In this document: positions 47,277 through 56,655 of the stretch, one piece after another
Layout: each line of letters begins with the position of its first letter
Position numbering within the stretch: the first letter of the stretch is position 1
Made by a program: the position numbers and the translations under genes
Origin: a virus
Taxonomy: Duplodnaviria > Caudoviricetes
Length of the DNA: 56,655 nt
Reading direction: 5' to 3' (one strand)
Virus record (IMG/VR): IMGVR_UViG_3300048033_000146
Span: 1 to 56,655 of that record
The notes under the pieces: generated by a model
Databases searched by the model: none
Seen by the model: only the letters and a program-made list of their open reading frames with translations
Told to the model about the DNA's origin: nothing

Positions 47277-47502
47277 CAGACTCTTGATCTGGTAAAGTAT
47301 TGATCTGATCTTCTGCAGGTGTTTCAGCAATCTGAATAATCATACCACCTAGTTGATTGCAACGCGCGTCAAGAACTTGCATCAAGTAATTCATACGCCC
47401 CATCTCTTCACGGGCTAAGTTAATTTCCTGATACATTTTCATCTGATCTTCGTTGAAGTCATCTGTATAGTAGTCTTTTTCATTAATTGTTAGTTTAGGC
47501 AT
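47266..47502 (-). CDS. Small coiled-coil hypothetical protein
   Basis: MPKLTINEKDY..DD; overlaps both neighbours. Confidence 0.7.
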   Translation of the reverse strand: MPKLTINEKDYYTDDFNEDQMKMYQEINLAREEMGRMNYLMQVLDARCNQLGGMIIQIAETPAEDQINTLPDQESDGV

Positions 47503-48355
47503 TGCCATCTCCAATATAAACGTAATCTACCAAGGGGGGGTTTAAAGCCTTAGAAGGTCTACTAGGTAGTGTTTGTAGACCAGTATGGCACTTATGCTTA
47601 AAGTTACAGAACTTACACTCTTGAGGCAGCACAAGGTTTCCTGTCTGCTTCTTATAGAATGTCTCTGGCTCTGCCTCAAAGCAACGCTCAAAAGGTGCAT
47701 CACTTTCAATGTAGTCTACTAGGGCTTCTATCTTTCCAAGCTCTTCATCTACATCAACACCTTCTGCAGGAACGTACTTAAACTCGCCATTAGCTTTGTT
47801 GACTACCCACCAACCGCCGACATCTTTACCTGCGCCCTGTGCGTAACCTACAAGCTGTGCGATATATCCAAACGCATCACCTGACTTGAGTGTTTCAAAG
47901 TTCTCAAACTTGTTGCGATAAGACCAAGGTGATGCAGACTTTACATCATCAATCTTACCATTAAGTTCCATATCATACTCGCCTTTGATCTCATGACCAT
48001 TGGAAAGCTTTAGTGTGCATTTGTCGTTATCTTTAAAGTCTACACCTGCTGCACGTAGCAACCCTTTGAACACAGCCTCAACAATATCGCCAAGTATCAT
48101 GTTCATCAAAAAGTGTGGTGGTAGAGGTGTCTTGTCTTCTGAGTCATTCTTCTCAAACCATAGCTGACACTTAGGCTTGCCAATGTTTGACATACGTAGA
48201 CGGAACGCATCCCGGGGACCGCTATCAAACTGCTTGTACAAAGCCGCCTCAACATCAGAGGCAACCTGTTGGGCTACCTCTTTTGACATTGTGGTTTCAC
48301 CTGCCATAGCTTTCTGCAAGAATGCAAAGACTGCTAATTCAGCTGGATGGTTCAT
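47495..48355 (-). CDS. PD-(D/E)XK exonuclease (Cas4/RecB-like)
   Basis: LRMSNIGKPKC, GEYD..DDVKS, QLVGY, CKFCNFKHKC. Confidence 0.85.
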   Translation of the reverse strand: MNHPAELAVFAFLQKAMAGETTMSKEVAQQVASDVEAALYKQFDSGPRDAFRLRMSNIGKPKCQLWFEKNDSEDKTPLPPHFLMNMILGDIVEAVFKGLLRAAGVDFKDNDKCTLKLSNGHEIKGEYDMELNGKIDDVKSASPWSYRNKFENFETLKSGDAFGYIAQLVGYAQGAGKDVGGWWVVNKANGEFKYVPAEGVDVDEELGKIEALVDYIESDAPFERCFEAEPETFYKKQTGNLVLPQECKFCNFKHKCHTGLQTLPSRPSKALNPPLVDYVYIGDGNA

Positions 48356-49218
48356 TACTCTTCTACCTCTACGATAGATGCAACAAGTTCATTGTCGGCT
48401 GATGACAGACCATCGCCACTACGCTCATTATATTTATCCAAGATAGTTCCGTTGATGTACTCAATAAACTCTAGGAAGTTAGCTAGTGTTTCGTTGTCAT
48501 CACCACCAAGGTCAACCTTGTCACCCATGTCAGCAGCAATATAACCAAACGTAGCACCAGTAGGGATTTTACCCATAGCAGGTGATAGCTTAATTGTTGC
48601 CATAGGGGGCAGCATGTTCTGCTTGGCGATCTTGGCTAGTACAGCATCTAGAGCCTTTAGTGAGTCACGGTTCTTTACATCGAACACAAATGGTACATCC
48701 ACAAAGTCACCCGCTACTGGGTTACCCTGCGCGTCTACTGGGTTATCCAAAGTGACTAGGCCAAAGTAAACCTTAACACGTTTGACGCTACGGATCAGAG
48801 ACTTGGTTGCCTCTGGTAGTGCATTGAAATCTTCGATGTAACCAGATGGTCGGCCCAGGTTGACACCACCAATACTATCCTTAAGGTCACCGTTTAGTGA
48901 ATTAGATAGCACAGACTTTTCCATCTCGCCTGAGTCACCGTTCCAACGCTGCCACTGATTACGTACAGCAAACACACGGATAGATGCATTCTTACTGTAG
49001 ATTACGTTATCGCCTTGTGTAAGTTTGTATGCACCCTTTGGCATAACGGGTTTCATGAGGACATCCCCATTCACCTCTACTTCTTTTTCGATAACCTCTT
49101 GGTTAACATTTAGTCGTGCCACAGCAGGTGTAGCTGACTGGGCAGGGGTACTTGATACACCCATTAGTTCTGCCATTGATTGACCGCGTTCTGTTGCGAT
49201 TGCTAATTCATTACTCAT
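48355..49218 (-). CDS. Putative ssDNA-binding protein
   Basis: Between polymerase and exonuclease; own promoter and strong SD; acidic C-terminus. Confidence 0.55.
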   Translation of the reverse strand: MSNELAIATERGQSMAELMGVSSTPAQSATPAVARLNVNQEVIEKEVEVNGDVLMKPVMPKGAYKLTQGDNVIYSKNASIRVFAVRNQWQRWNGDSGEMEKSVLSNSLNGDLKDSIGGVNLGRPSGYIEDFNALPEATKSLIRSVKRVKVYFGLVTLDNPVDAQGNPVAGDFVDVPFVFDVKNRDSLKALDAVLAKIAKQNMLPPMATIKLSPAMGKIPTGATFGYIAADMGDKVDLGGDDNETLANFLEFIEYINGTILDKYNERSGDGLSSADNELVASIVEVEE

Positions 49219-49252
49219 TTATTTTCTCCTATGAGCAGTTTCGGAATCTGTA

Positions 49253-49280
49253 GTTATACACTACACATCTACTGTGTCAA
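49253..49280 (-). promoter_or_regulatory. Promoter TTGACA-N16-TATAAC at the polymerase 3' end
   Basis: Minus strand TTGACACAGTAGATGTGTAGTGTATAACTA. Confidence 0.75.
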
Positions 49281-51324
49281 GCCAATTAGGACCAATCTTA
49301 GCCTCTAAAAGGAGTGGTACATTCATACGAATGCCATACACTTTTTCTACCATATCTGTCAACCCATCATTCATATCATTTACTAATTGTAATACAATAT
49401 CTTTCTCGTCTGGGTGTATGTCTACTACTACTGAGTCGTGGACAGTATTAACTATGCATGAGTAGTAAGGCTGTAGACGTTTATGCATTTCGTTAAGCAC
49501 CACAGGGACAACATCCCCGGTGGCAAAACCCTGTACTGGATAATTCTTGATGTTGGTGAAATGTGTTACACCGCCATTGGTTCTACGTTCTACATCAGGG
49601 AACGCATACTGCCGCCCAGAAATGTTGGTAATCTTGTTGAAGCGTAGTGCCTCTTCTGCCAAGTTCTGATGCCAAGCAGCTACGCCTTGGTACTTCTCAT
49701 TAAAGTGTTCATAGTAGGCTTTCTCCGCTTTGGAACGCCCGAACCCAGTAGCACCAAACAGCGGAGCAAAGGTATGTTCCTTGGCTTCCTGACGTGTGGT
49801 GTACTGACCTGCATCAGAGATAACCTTGGCTGTATAGCTGTGTACGTCAAACCCTGTAGCAATTTCTTCCATAGCAACCTCATCCTGTGCTAGGAATGCA
49901 GCGGTACGAAACTCTAACTGTGCAAAGTCGGCTTCCATGATGTAGCCGCCATCCCAACGTGACACAAATACTTTCTTCACAGGGAATGTGTTACCACGTG
50001 GCATGTTCTGCATATTAGGATCGCGTCCAGAGAAGCGGCCTGTAGCTGTGATATGCTGCGTCAGGTTAACGTGCAGTATGCCATTCTCTTTTGTGTGTAG
50101 CTCAATAGAATTCACAAAGTTAGAGATGTAGCTGTTGACTGCATTCAAACGTTTCATGTCTGTCAGCAAGTCGATAGCGTCCTGCATGTTATTATTCTTT
50201 GCTGTAGCAATCAGAACGTCTAGCTCTTTCTTACCTGTGTTGAAACCGTTGTCACTAGCCCAGTCTTTGTTAGGTGGAAAGAACCCAAGCCCTGCCATCT
50301 TGTTCGTCTTACGTAGTTGGTAGCCACGTGCATCACAGTCCTTACATTTGTTAGGTTTAGCAAACTTTGTGCCATCCTTCTTTACCTTAAATGTTTTACC
50401 CTGACCCTCACATGTAGGACAGGTGAAAGCTTCTGTCTTACGGATCAGAGTAGAGTTAGCTTCGACAGTCTTCTTGAACTCTTTAGCGTCCTTCACGAAT
50501 GTGAATAGACCCTTCCAGTCCTTCTTGTTATTCATCTCACGTGAGAAGATAACCTTAGACTTCTGCTCTGATGAACGTAGGTTGATAGGTGTGTCGCCCA
50601 TAAGGTCACGTATCTTATCTTGTAGCCTTGTTTCAATCGTAGCACGTTCATGCTCGAACTCTTGACGCACATCTTCTAGTACATCTAAGTCTACTTTAAC
50701 TCCTGACATGTACATTTCTGTGAGGGTTTTACAGGTGTCGAAGGTAACTTGTCTAACGTTATGAAGGGACTGACTGTCGGATTGGGCAAAGTCACGCTCT
50801 TGTTGGTGGAACAACTCACTAGTTGTGAGCAGATCAGCCCGAAGATAAAGGCTGAGAGAAGAGAGATCGGTTTCATTGGTATTGATTCCTTTCTTGAGGC
50901 ACGTTGATAGGTAGTCCTCTTTCTGTTCTGCCAAACCTCTACGTTCAGCAGCAGCCCCAAGTCCAACAGGGTTACGCTGCCCACGGTCTAGTAAGTATTC
51001 AGAAAGCATCGTGTCATAGACTGGGCCATCATAGACAAACCCACATTCCCACAGCCACATCATATCGAACTTGGCATTGTGGATGATAAGTAAAGACGTT
51101 TTATCTAATATGGCCTGTACGAATGCACGGCCTGAACCATCAATATCTTTCTCTTCATTGTGATCTAGGTTGATGATATGCAATTCATCTGTGTTGTCTG
51201 CATTAGCCATACCAACCTGAGTAAGGCTGTTATCCTTCTCATATGGATCGTTAAAGATTACAGACTTACCCTTGGCATTCTCTCGCCATGTCACACTAGT
51301 TTCTACGTCTAATACTACTCTCAT
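49261..51324 (-). CDS. polA: Family A DNA polymerase with 3'-5' exonuclease and DnaJ-type zinc finger insert
   Basis: LDVET, HNAKFD, TATGRFS, ADFAQLE, NYPVQG, VHDS; CPTCEGQG...CKDCDARG. Confidence 0.95.
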   Translation of the reverse strand: MRVVLDVETSVTWRENAKGKSVIFNDPYEKDNSLTQVGMANADNTDELHIINLDHNEEKDIDGSGRAFVQAILDKTSLLIIHNAKFDMMWLWECGFVYDGPVYDTMLSEYLLDRGQRNPVGLGAAAERRGLAEQKEDYLSTCLKKGINTNETDLSSLSLYLRADLLTTSELFHQQERDFAQSDSQSLHNVRQVTFDTCKTLTEMYMSGVKVDLDVLEDVRQEFEHERATIETRLQDKIRDLMGDTPINLRSSEQKSKVIFSREMNNKKDWKGLFTFVKDAKEFKKTVEANSTLIRKTEAFTCPTCEGQGKTFKVKKDGTKFAKPNKCKDCDARGYQLRKTNKMAGLGFFPPNKDWASDNGFNTGKKELDVLIATAKNNNMQDAIDLLTDMKRLNAVNSYISNFVNSIELHTKENGILHVNLTQHITATGRFSGRDPNMQNMPRGNTFPVKKVFVSRWDGGYIMEADFAQLEFRTAAFLAQDEVAMEEIATGFDVHSYTAKVISDAGQYTTRQEAKEHTFAPLFGATGFGRSKAEKAYYEHFNEKYQGVAAWHQNLAEEALRFNKITNISGRQYAFPDVERRTNGGVTHFTNIKNYPVQGFATGDVVPVVLNEMHKRLQPYYSCIVNTVHDSVVVDIHPDEKDIVLQLVNDMNDGLTDMVEKVYGIRMNVPLLLEAKIGPNWLDTVDV

Positions 51325-51334
51325 GTACCCTCTC

Positions 51335-52555
51335 TTACGCGCGGAATATCGCACGATCACCGTCTAGCATACAAACTACACGTCCGTCAAACCCATTAAT
51401 CTTGTTCTTCGCAAAATTGATATGGCGTTCTGGGTTGATGCCCTCACCCTCAACATCTTTAGTCTTGGCGATCAGTAGCATCAAATCTGCTTCTGCTGCC
51501 TTACCTGTCTTCGATCCTTCCATCATAGACTGATCTAGGTCTACCCGCCCCTCTGCTACGGCTGATAGCTGTGACATCCACAGAACAACACAGTCGTACT
51601 GCTTGGCTATGTTACGTGCATGAATGGCTGCTGCCTTTAGCGTCAGGTCTGTGCGTTCACTTGAGCTATCAGCAAACTTATCACCCATGTCTAGAATCAA
51701 CACGTCAGGCTTGGAATGCTTGACTACTGACTCAACCCATTTCATGTCTTTACCTGTACTGTCTTTGATACGCACATTCTCTTTTACAATGTCATAACGT
51801 TTACGTGCCAATACAGGGTTCTCACGTATCTCTTTCATGTTCATGTTAGAAGCGGCACATAGGTAGCGAGATGCGACACGTGTATACTTCTCTTCGTTAC
51901 ACAACACTACTACCTTGGCACCTTGATGCGCCCAACCACCCTCTGCTGCTACCAGAGAGGCATGAAAGCTAGTTTTACCAGTATTAGGACGAGCACCAAC
52001 CACCACAAGATGCCCACCAGTAACCCCTTCCACTTTTTTAGTGAGAGTTGGAATGTTAAACTTCCATTGTGCTTCCAGATCAGCGGCATCAAGTAGAGTG
52101 TCAAAGCTATGGTCATCCCACTCAACACGGACATCAGGAGTAAAATCATCTTTGTAATCCTCTAGTAATCGACGCAGAGGTTCGAGCGTATCTAGTGATC
52201 CGTTGACACACTCGAAACCTATGTTCGCTATCTTCTCACCCAAGAATTGTTGGAACATCTTTGAGAATGTATCCGAAGCAATTTCAGGATTGATTGGCTC
52301 AATAATATCTAACTTCTTGAACATATCATCATATGTACTTTTGTTAGCTGTAGTGAGCGTTTGGTTTTGTGTAAGAAACACAGCCTGTAAATCCTGTGGT
52401 GTCAGGTCTGTATCATACTGTTCCATAGCACCATCAAGAGCTTGCTTGATCTTACGCACGTCCTTTGTGAATAGTTCGTTGCGTGATAGCAGGTTCTTGT
52501 GCTGCTCATAAAACTCTTTGTTTAGTAGTGATTTAATTAGACCCAGTTCGATCAT
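51335..52555 (-). CDS. DnaB-like (SF4) replicative helicase
   Basis: GARPNTGKT, LILD, MSQLS, EADL, AKNK. Confidence 0.92.
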   Translation of the reverse strand: MIELGLIKSLLNKEFYEQHKNLLSRNELFTKDVRKIKQALDGAMEQYDTDLTPQDLQAVFLTQNQTLTTANKSTYDDMFKKLDIIEPINPEIASDTFSKMFQQFLGEKIANIGFECVNGSLDTLEPLRRLLEDYKDDFTPDVRVEWDDHSFDTLLDAADLEAQWKFNIPTLTKKVEGVTGGHLVVVGARPNTGKTSFHASLVAAEGGWAHQGAKVVVLCNEEKYTRVASRYLCAASNMNMKEIRENPVLARKRYDIVKENVRIKDSTGKDMKWVESVVKHSKPDVLILDMGDKFADSSSERTDLTLKAAAIHARNIAKQYDCVVLWMSQLSAVAEGRVDLDQSMMEGSKTGKAAEADLMLLIAKTKDVEGEGINPERHINFAKNKINGFDGRVVCMLDGDRAIFRA

Positions 52556-52727
52556 CTTCGTTCCCTCGTAACATTTTAATTAGTGCCTCAAGACTAGCCA
52601 AAGGCCACAGTACTGCAAATAGAATACGGCCCCACCCACTGCCCTCTTCTACTTCTTCTGTTATGTATAGTAACAAGGGCATAGCAAAGATATACATAAA
52701 CAATGCCCCTGTAATGTAATCAATCAT
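52533..52727 (-). CDS. Small two-TM membrane protein
   Basis: Two hydrophobic helices, LWP motif. Confidence 0.65.
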   Translation of the reverse strand: MIDYITGALFMYIFAMPLLLYITEEVEEGSGWGRILFAVLWPLASLEALIKMLRGNEDDRTGSN

Positions 52728-52963
52728 AGCTCACCCTTCATTACTACCTTATGCATTCCTTCTGTACTATTTAAGGATGCCAATATTTCTACAAGCTGTG
52801 CGTATGTCAGTATGATCATATCATAGGTGTTAGCATCAGAGTCAAACTGTCGAATGAACACCTCGCTATCATCGCCTATGATAACCTCTACATCATCATA
52901 CATCCCTGTATCATCTAGAACAGTAATGATAGATGCATCACTCTCAAACTCAACCGTGAACAT
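52724..52963 (-). CDS. Acidic hypothetical protein
   Basis: ORF track; start trimmed to MFTVEF. Confidence 0.65.
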   Translation of the reverse strand: MFTVEFESDASIITVLDDTGMYDDVEVIIGDDSEVFIRQFDSDANTYDMIILTYAQLVEILASLNSTEGMHKVVMKGEL

Positions 52964-53198
52964 TGTTAGCCTCATCACGCTCCAAAGATGCTTTACGTTC
53001 TTTGTCCGTCATTGGTTTGATCTGTTTGGTTTCGTAATCCACAACGACTGCTGTGTTCCAGTTATCCTGTTCAGCCCGGGCTTCTTCTAGTGTATCGAAT
53101 AGACGTGGCTCCGGAAAGTTGTGAAACTGTGTTGGGTTCTCTGGTACATACATCCAGTCACCATCAACGTCGATCATTAGTGCATATTTTTTAGTCAT
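52950..53198 (-). CDS. Hypothetical protein
   Basis: ORF track; GGAG SD before MTKK. Confidence 0.65.
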   Translation of the reverse strand: MTKKYALMIDVDGDWMYVPENPTQFHNFPEPRLFDTLEEARAEQDNWNTAVVVDYETKQIKPMTDKERKASLERDEANNVHG

Positions 53199-53415
53199 TG
53201 TTTTCTCCAAATTTGTATTCTGTAAGACCCATGTTTTCTTCTATGAAGTCATACACTTTTTGTATGTCCATCTGTGCTGCTGCACAATAGATTACTAGCT
53301 TTAGACCTTCCTCTGCTAACATACCTCTTGTGTCGCTGTCAAAGTGAAACTGATAGGTTGCGCTACCATCCTCATGTTCTTCTACGGTTTCTACACCAAG
53401 CATACCACTCATCAT
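53191..53415 (-). CDS. Hypothetical protein
   Basis: EEHEDGSAT motif; ATGA-coupled to thyX. Confidence 0.65.
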   Translation of the reverse strand: MMSGMLGVETVEEHEDGSATYQFHFDSDTRGMLAEEGLKLVIYCAAAQMDIQKVYDFIEENMGLTEYKFGENND

Positions 53416-54038
53416 TCTGCATACATCCTTAGTGCTTCCCATGATACAGGGAATAGTGACATCATTTGGTCTTCTACTAACTCTGCTACCTCGCGTGACT
53501 CTGCCTGTGTGTCAGGCTTACAGCGTAGGTGACACATATCAGCAAACGCATCTAGCGATCCAGACCAATACCACTCAGTCATCATTGACTGTGGCAATAC
53601 CATACGTGCTTGCTCTGGACAGACACCTTCATCTAGTAGCTGACGATATAAGTTAAGTGTCTTTGTGTTATGATAGATCAGATTAGCATTACTCTGCACA
53701 GTACCTTCACTACCCTGCTTCTTATCTGCACTACGCCCACGCCATTCGTCAGGTGAGTAGAACGCAGGTTCTTCATCTACATAGCGGCGACTGATCTCAT
53801 TCCAACGTAGGAACTTATGCTTGACTAGCTGTCGTGCTACAAAGACTGGAGCGCGTACATGAAAAGAAGCAAAGCAATGCCCAAAAGGAGAAGTATGCCG
53901 ATGCCTTGCAAGGTAACGAATAAGTCGGCTATCTTTCTCATCATCAAAGCTCTCCTGTGATTTACCGAATGACACACGGGCTGCGTTGACTACAGATAAG
54001 TCGCTGCCCATGTGGTCTATGTATGTTACATCAATCAT
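53412..54038 (-). CDS. thyX: Flavin-dependent thymidylate synthase
   Basis: AARVSF, HTSPFGH, ARQLVKH, NEISRRY, EQARMVLP. Confidence 0.95.
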   Translation of the reverse strand: MIDVTYIDHMGSDLSVVNAARVSFGKSQESFDDEKDSRLIRYLARHRHTSPFGHCFASFHVRAPVFVARQLVKHKFLRWNEISRRYVDEEPAFYSPDEWRGRSADKKQGSEGTVQSNANLIYHNTKTLNLYRQLLDEGVCPEQARMVLPQSMMTEWYWSGSLDAFADMCHLRCKPDTQAESREVAELVEDQMMSLFPVSWEALRMYAE

Positions 54039-54532
54039 CTATACTTTCTCCTTTGGTTCTCGTTTTGAGAAACCCATTCCAAGTTTTCAATACTGTAGTC
54101 CAGTTTATCACCATTTATATGATCAACTACTATGTTAAAGTTTTGATCTGCGTTATGAATGAAACACCAAGCAAACAGTTTGTGTGCGCCCATAGTTACT
54201 TTAGGTCTACCTGCATTGGTGTTAACTAGAGTAACATCTACAGAAGGATAATGACCCCTGCTAGTATGTATAGTTATCTCTTTACCTGTGTAAGTATTAA
54301 CCAAGTAAGGAAATATGGGATCAGGGTATTTATCTCTAAGCGGATGATATGCACCAGTTTTATAAGCTATAAGCTTACCCTCTGGTGCTAACAACACCAA
54401 GTCCATAGCACGTTTGATGTCTGTTTTCTGTTGCGTGTCTGGTATAATATCACATGATAAGTTAGATAAATCTACAAACTCTGTATCTATCTCTCTTCTT
54501 TCCACGTCGATAAAAAAGTCTAGCTGTGTCAT
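54035..54532 (-). CDS. HNH endonuclease (homing-type)
   Basis: HKLFAWCFI...VDHINGDKLDYSIENLEWVSQNEN. Confidence 0.85.
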   Translation of the reverse strand: MTQLDFFIDVERREIDTEFVDLSNLSCDIIPDTQQKTDIKRAMDLVLLAPEGKLIAYKTGAYHPLRDKYPDPIFPYLVNTYTGKEITIHTSRGHYPSVDVTLVNTNAGRPKVTMGAHKLFAWCFIHNADQNFNIVVDHINGDKLDYSIENLEWVSQNENQRRKYR

Positions 54533-55320
54533 ACTAGCATGTCCTTTAGTTTTTCCATGTCTGTATCGACACGGTACTTGATGTCATCAAACAGAGACAG
54601 AGCTTTAGTTGGCACACCTGTCCACTGTTCGATCTCTCTCCGATACTGTATAGTCTTTTTAGCAGCATCAGGATCAAGAGCAATAATAACTTTATTATAC
54701 TCTCGAATTTTTTCAAGGTGGTTTGTTGTTAGCTGAGTGCCAAGAATAGCCATGCTAGTTATATCAGGAAACTCTTGCCATGCAACAATAGCTGACACAA
54801 CATCCTCAACAATTAGCAATTTACTACCTGAACCCATAGTGAAATAGTTAGCTTCACCACTATAGCGATACCACTTTGGAAATCTTTTCTTACCAACCGC
54901 ACGTCCGATTGCATCAATGATGCGGCCCTTGTGCTTTATAGGGAACACAACACGTTCATCTTTTACATCATACAGCAGACCGCCTACGGCTAGGCCATAG
55001 CGTTTGGTGAAGCGGTGAAACTTATCATGAAATCCTGTAGGCTTTACCACATATACAGGTATCTCCATAGTCTCAGCTTCCTGTTGTCTAGTTTGCTTTA
55101 CGGTTTTATTCATCAGGTTCATAATCTCTTCTGCGGTCATGTCTGTGTCATGAATGCCTGACACATGACAGTCCATCTTATAGCAATTCCATTTTAATGC
55201 CCCGCCACCTATCGTAGCTGTGTAAGTATTCTTGCCACCACAGAAGGGACAGTCGCCACGGTAATCACCATGTGTGGTTAGGTCAGAGGCAAACGCTCTT
55301 TGTTTCTGCCAACTAGTCAT
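54529..55320 (-). CDS. DNA primase (zinc finger + TOPRIM)
   Basis: CPFC...CYKMDC; LIVED, ILGT, IALDPDA. Confidence 0.9.
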   Translation of the reverse strand: MTSWQKQRAFASDLTTHGDYRGDCPFCGGKNTYTATIGGGALKWNCYKMDCHVSGIHDTDMTAEEIMNLMNKTVKQTRQQEAETMEIPVYVVKPTGFHDKFHRFTKRYGLAVGGLLYDVKDERVVFPIKHKGRIIDAIGRAVGKKRFPKWYRYSGEANYFTMGSGSKLLIVEDVVSAIVAWQEFPDITSMAILGTQLTTNHLEKIREYNKVIIALDPDAAKKTIQYRREIEQWTGVPTKALSLFDDIKYRVDTDMEKLKDMLV

Positions 55321-56206
55321 CGCTTTCTATTCCTCTTGCTGCTAGTGCGTTTGATGCACCAGTAAATGTATTCACTAGATAAGGCTTTACACTACTGGGG
55401 TTCTGGTGTCCAGAGAATTGCATAATGCCAACCAAATCCACCCCTGCTTCTACTGCTTCTGTGATAGCTGTGCGGCGTAAGTCCTGCGCATTTAGTTCAC
55501 GCGGTAGGTTAGCTTCGTCTAGTACTTCGTTGATTGCAGGGGCTATTTCCTGTTCTTGGTAAGCTCGGATGAGGCCACGTTTGATGTTGTACTTGGGTGC
55601 AACGACATCCTGAAAACCAAACATCTCTTTCTGTTGGCGTAGCATGTTGCACAAATTCTGACTGATAGGCAGATGCACCTCTGCGTTCCGCTTAGATTGC
55701 GTCAGGTCTGTGCGGCATTGATCTAGGTCTACATAGTCCCACGTTAGCTTACGCATATCACCAACACGCTGACCCCACTCATACGCCATATGTACTAGCA
55801 GCCCGATACCGTGCCAACGTTCTTGGCTGTAGGCTGTGGACAAGAATGATTTAACCTGATCACGTGTCCATAGTTGTCTGCGTGGCTTGGTTTGGATCGT
55901 TTTAATGACGCGCACAGGATCATGCATAACCATGTCATGACGCAGGGCGTGTTTCCAAGCGACAGACAGGGATTGTTTCATGTAGTTGGCTGATCGAATG
56001 CCATACTGATCTACCCACATCTCATAAGCTCTGTTGAGCATCCCTGCTTTGATGTCTTGTAGGTTTGTATTGCCTAGAAGCTTGTACCCTACCTTGGTTT
56101 CAGATACCCGCATCAGGTGACGCTCATATTGGCTCTGAGTGCTACCCTTCAGGCGTTTGAATGGGTGGCTGTTCAGGTACTCTTCTATCAGTTTCTTCAG
56201 TTTCAT
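55313..56206 (-). CDS. int: Tyrosine recombinase / integrase
   Basis: GQRVGD, QSK, QDLRRTA, SGH, KPY. Confidence 0.9.
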   Translation of the reverse strand: MKLKKLIEEYLNSHPFKRLKGSTQSQYERHLMRVSETKVGYKLLGNTNLQDIKAGMLNRAYEMWVDQYGIRSANYMKQSLSVAWKHALRHDMVMHDPVRVIKTIQTKPRRQLWTRDQVKSFLSTAYSQERWHGIGLLVHMAYEWGQRVGDMRKLTWDYVDLDQCRTDLTQSKRNAEVHLPISQNLCNMLRQQKEMFGFQDVVAPKYNIKRGLIRAYQEQEIAPAINEVLDEANLPRELNAQDLRRTAITEAVEAGVDLVGIMQFSGHQNPSSVKPYLVNTFTGASNALAARGIESDD

Positions 56207-56333
56207 TTAGTCCCTCTCTCATTCGCCCCACCCAATGTGTTACATCATCGAATGGGGTGTTGTTATCAATAGGCCACATACACATAGATCATATATCCAA
56301 AAGGCCACAGAATAAATGCTGACCACAGCCAAC

Positions 56334-56525
56334 TTAAAATAGTGGATACCATACTTCACCTTTACGTTCTTGTGCTTTTAGTTCTTCTATTTCTTTATAT
56401 AAGCGATCTGCTTTGTCCCACTTACCTTGCCATTCCATATCGTTAGCAAGTTTGGTGCGGTTTATGATCACTCTGCGCAGTGGTATTACTTTGCCGACTG
56501 GATTGCTTTGTGGTGTCTTGTTCAT
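56334..56525 (-). CDS. Hypothetical protein
   Basis: ORF track; ATGA-coupled to the junction ORF. Confidence 0.65.
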   Translation of the reverse strand: MNKTPQSNPVGKVIPLRRVIINRTKLANDMEWQGKWDKADRLYKEIEELKAQERKGEVWYPLF

Positions 56526-56528
56526 GCC

Positions 56529-56655
56529 TCTACCTTCACACGTACATTGGCTGTCAAGCCGTTCATCCTTTTATAACGTTCTACCAAACTTTCAGCTTCA
56601 TCAAGTGTATGGGTAGCATGTGTGGCAACTAATGTACCACACTCTGCTTTGTTAA
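56529..56655. repeat. Terminal direct repeat copy of 1-127
   Basis: Exact identity. Confidence 0.95.

Noticed and set aside
56140-56282. Possible ~45 aa ORF (MWPIDNNTPFDDVTHWVG...) overlapping the integrase start
   Set aside because: No SD visible and no recognisable motif; cannot be supported without homologues
56529-56655. 127-nt terminal repeat as a biological DTR
   Set aside because: Length equals a common assembler k-mer and it falls in the middle of an ORF; best explained as circular overlap

Overview
Apparently complete, circularly assembled ~56.5 kb dsDNA podovirus genome. The last 127 nt repeat the first 127 nt, and an ORF reads across the join. It looks like an HMO-2011-type marine alphaproteobacterial (probably Roseobacter-group) phage. 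That call rests on a family A DNA polymerase with a DnaJ-type zinc finger insert, a split primase/helicase, a tyrosine recombinase, class II RNR, ThyX, PhoH and MazG. Two arms diverge from a ~1 kb repeat-rich non-coding region (3293-4317) and converge on a terminator at ~42030. The minus arm carries early and replication genes. The plus arm carries membrane proteins, small basic proteins, packaging, head, tail and ejection proteins. Best leads: (1) the same asymmetric RNA internal loop (RCUAC/CC) in the scaffold and capsid leaders; (2) an unannotated DUF1127 small-protein gene whose SD is hidden in a hairpin that its own promoter would remove; (3) a shared TTGACA-N16-TAHAAC promoter family; (4) early genes encoding an HhH glycosylase-like and a papain-like protein; (5) an Acb2/Tad1-like helical hairpin; (6) a recurring [YFM]xxGG motif in virion proteins. 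All family calls are by eye; no database search was run.
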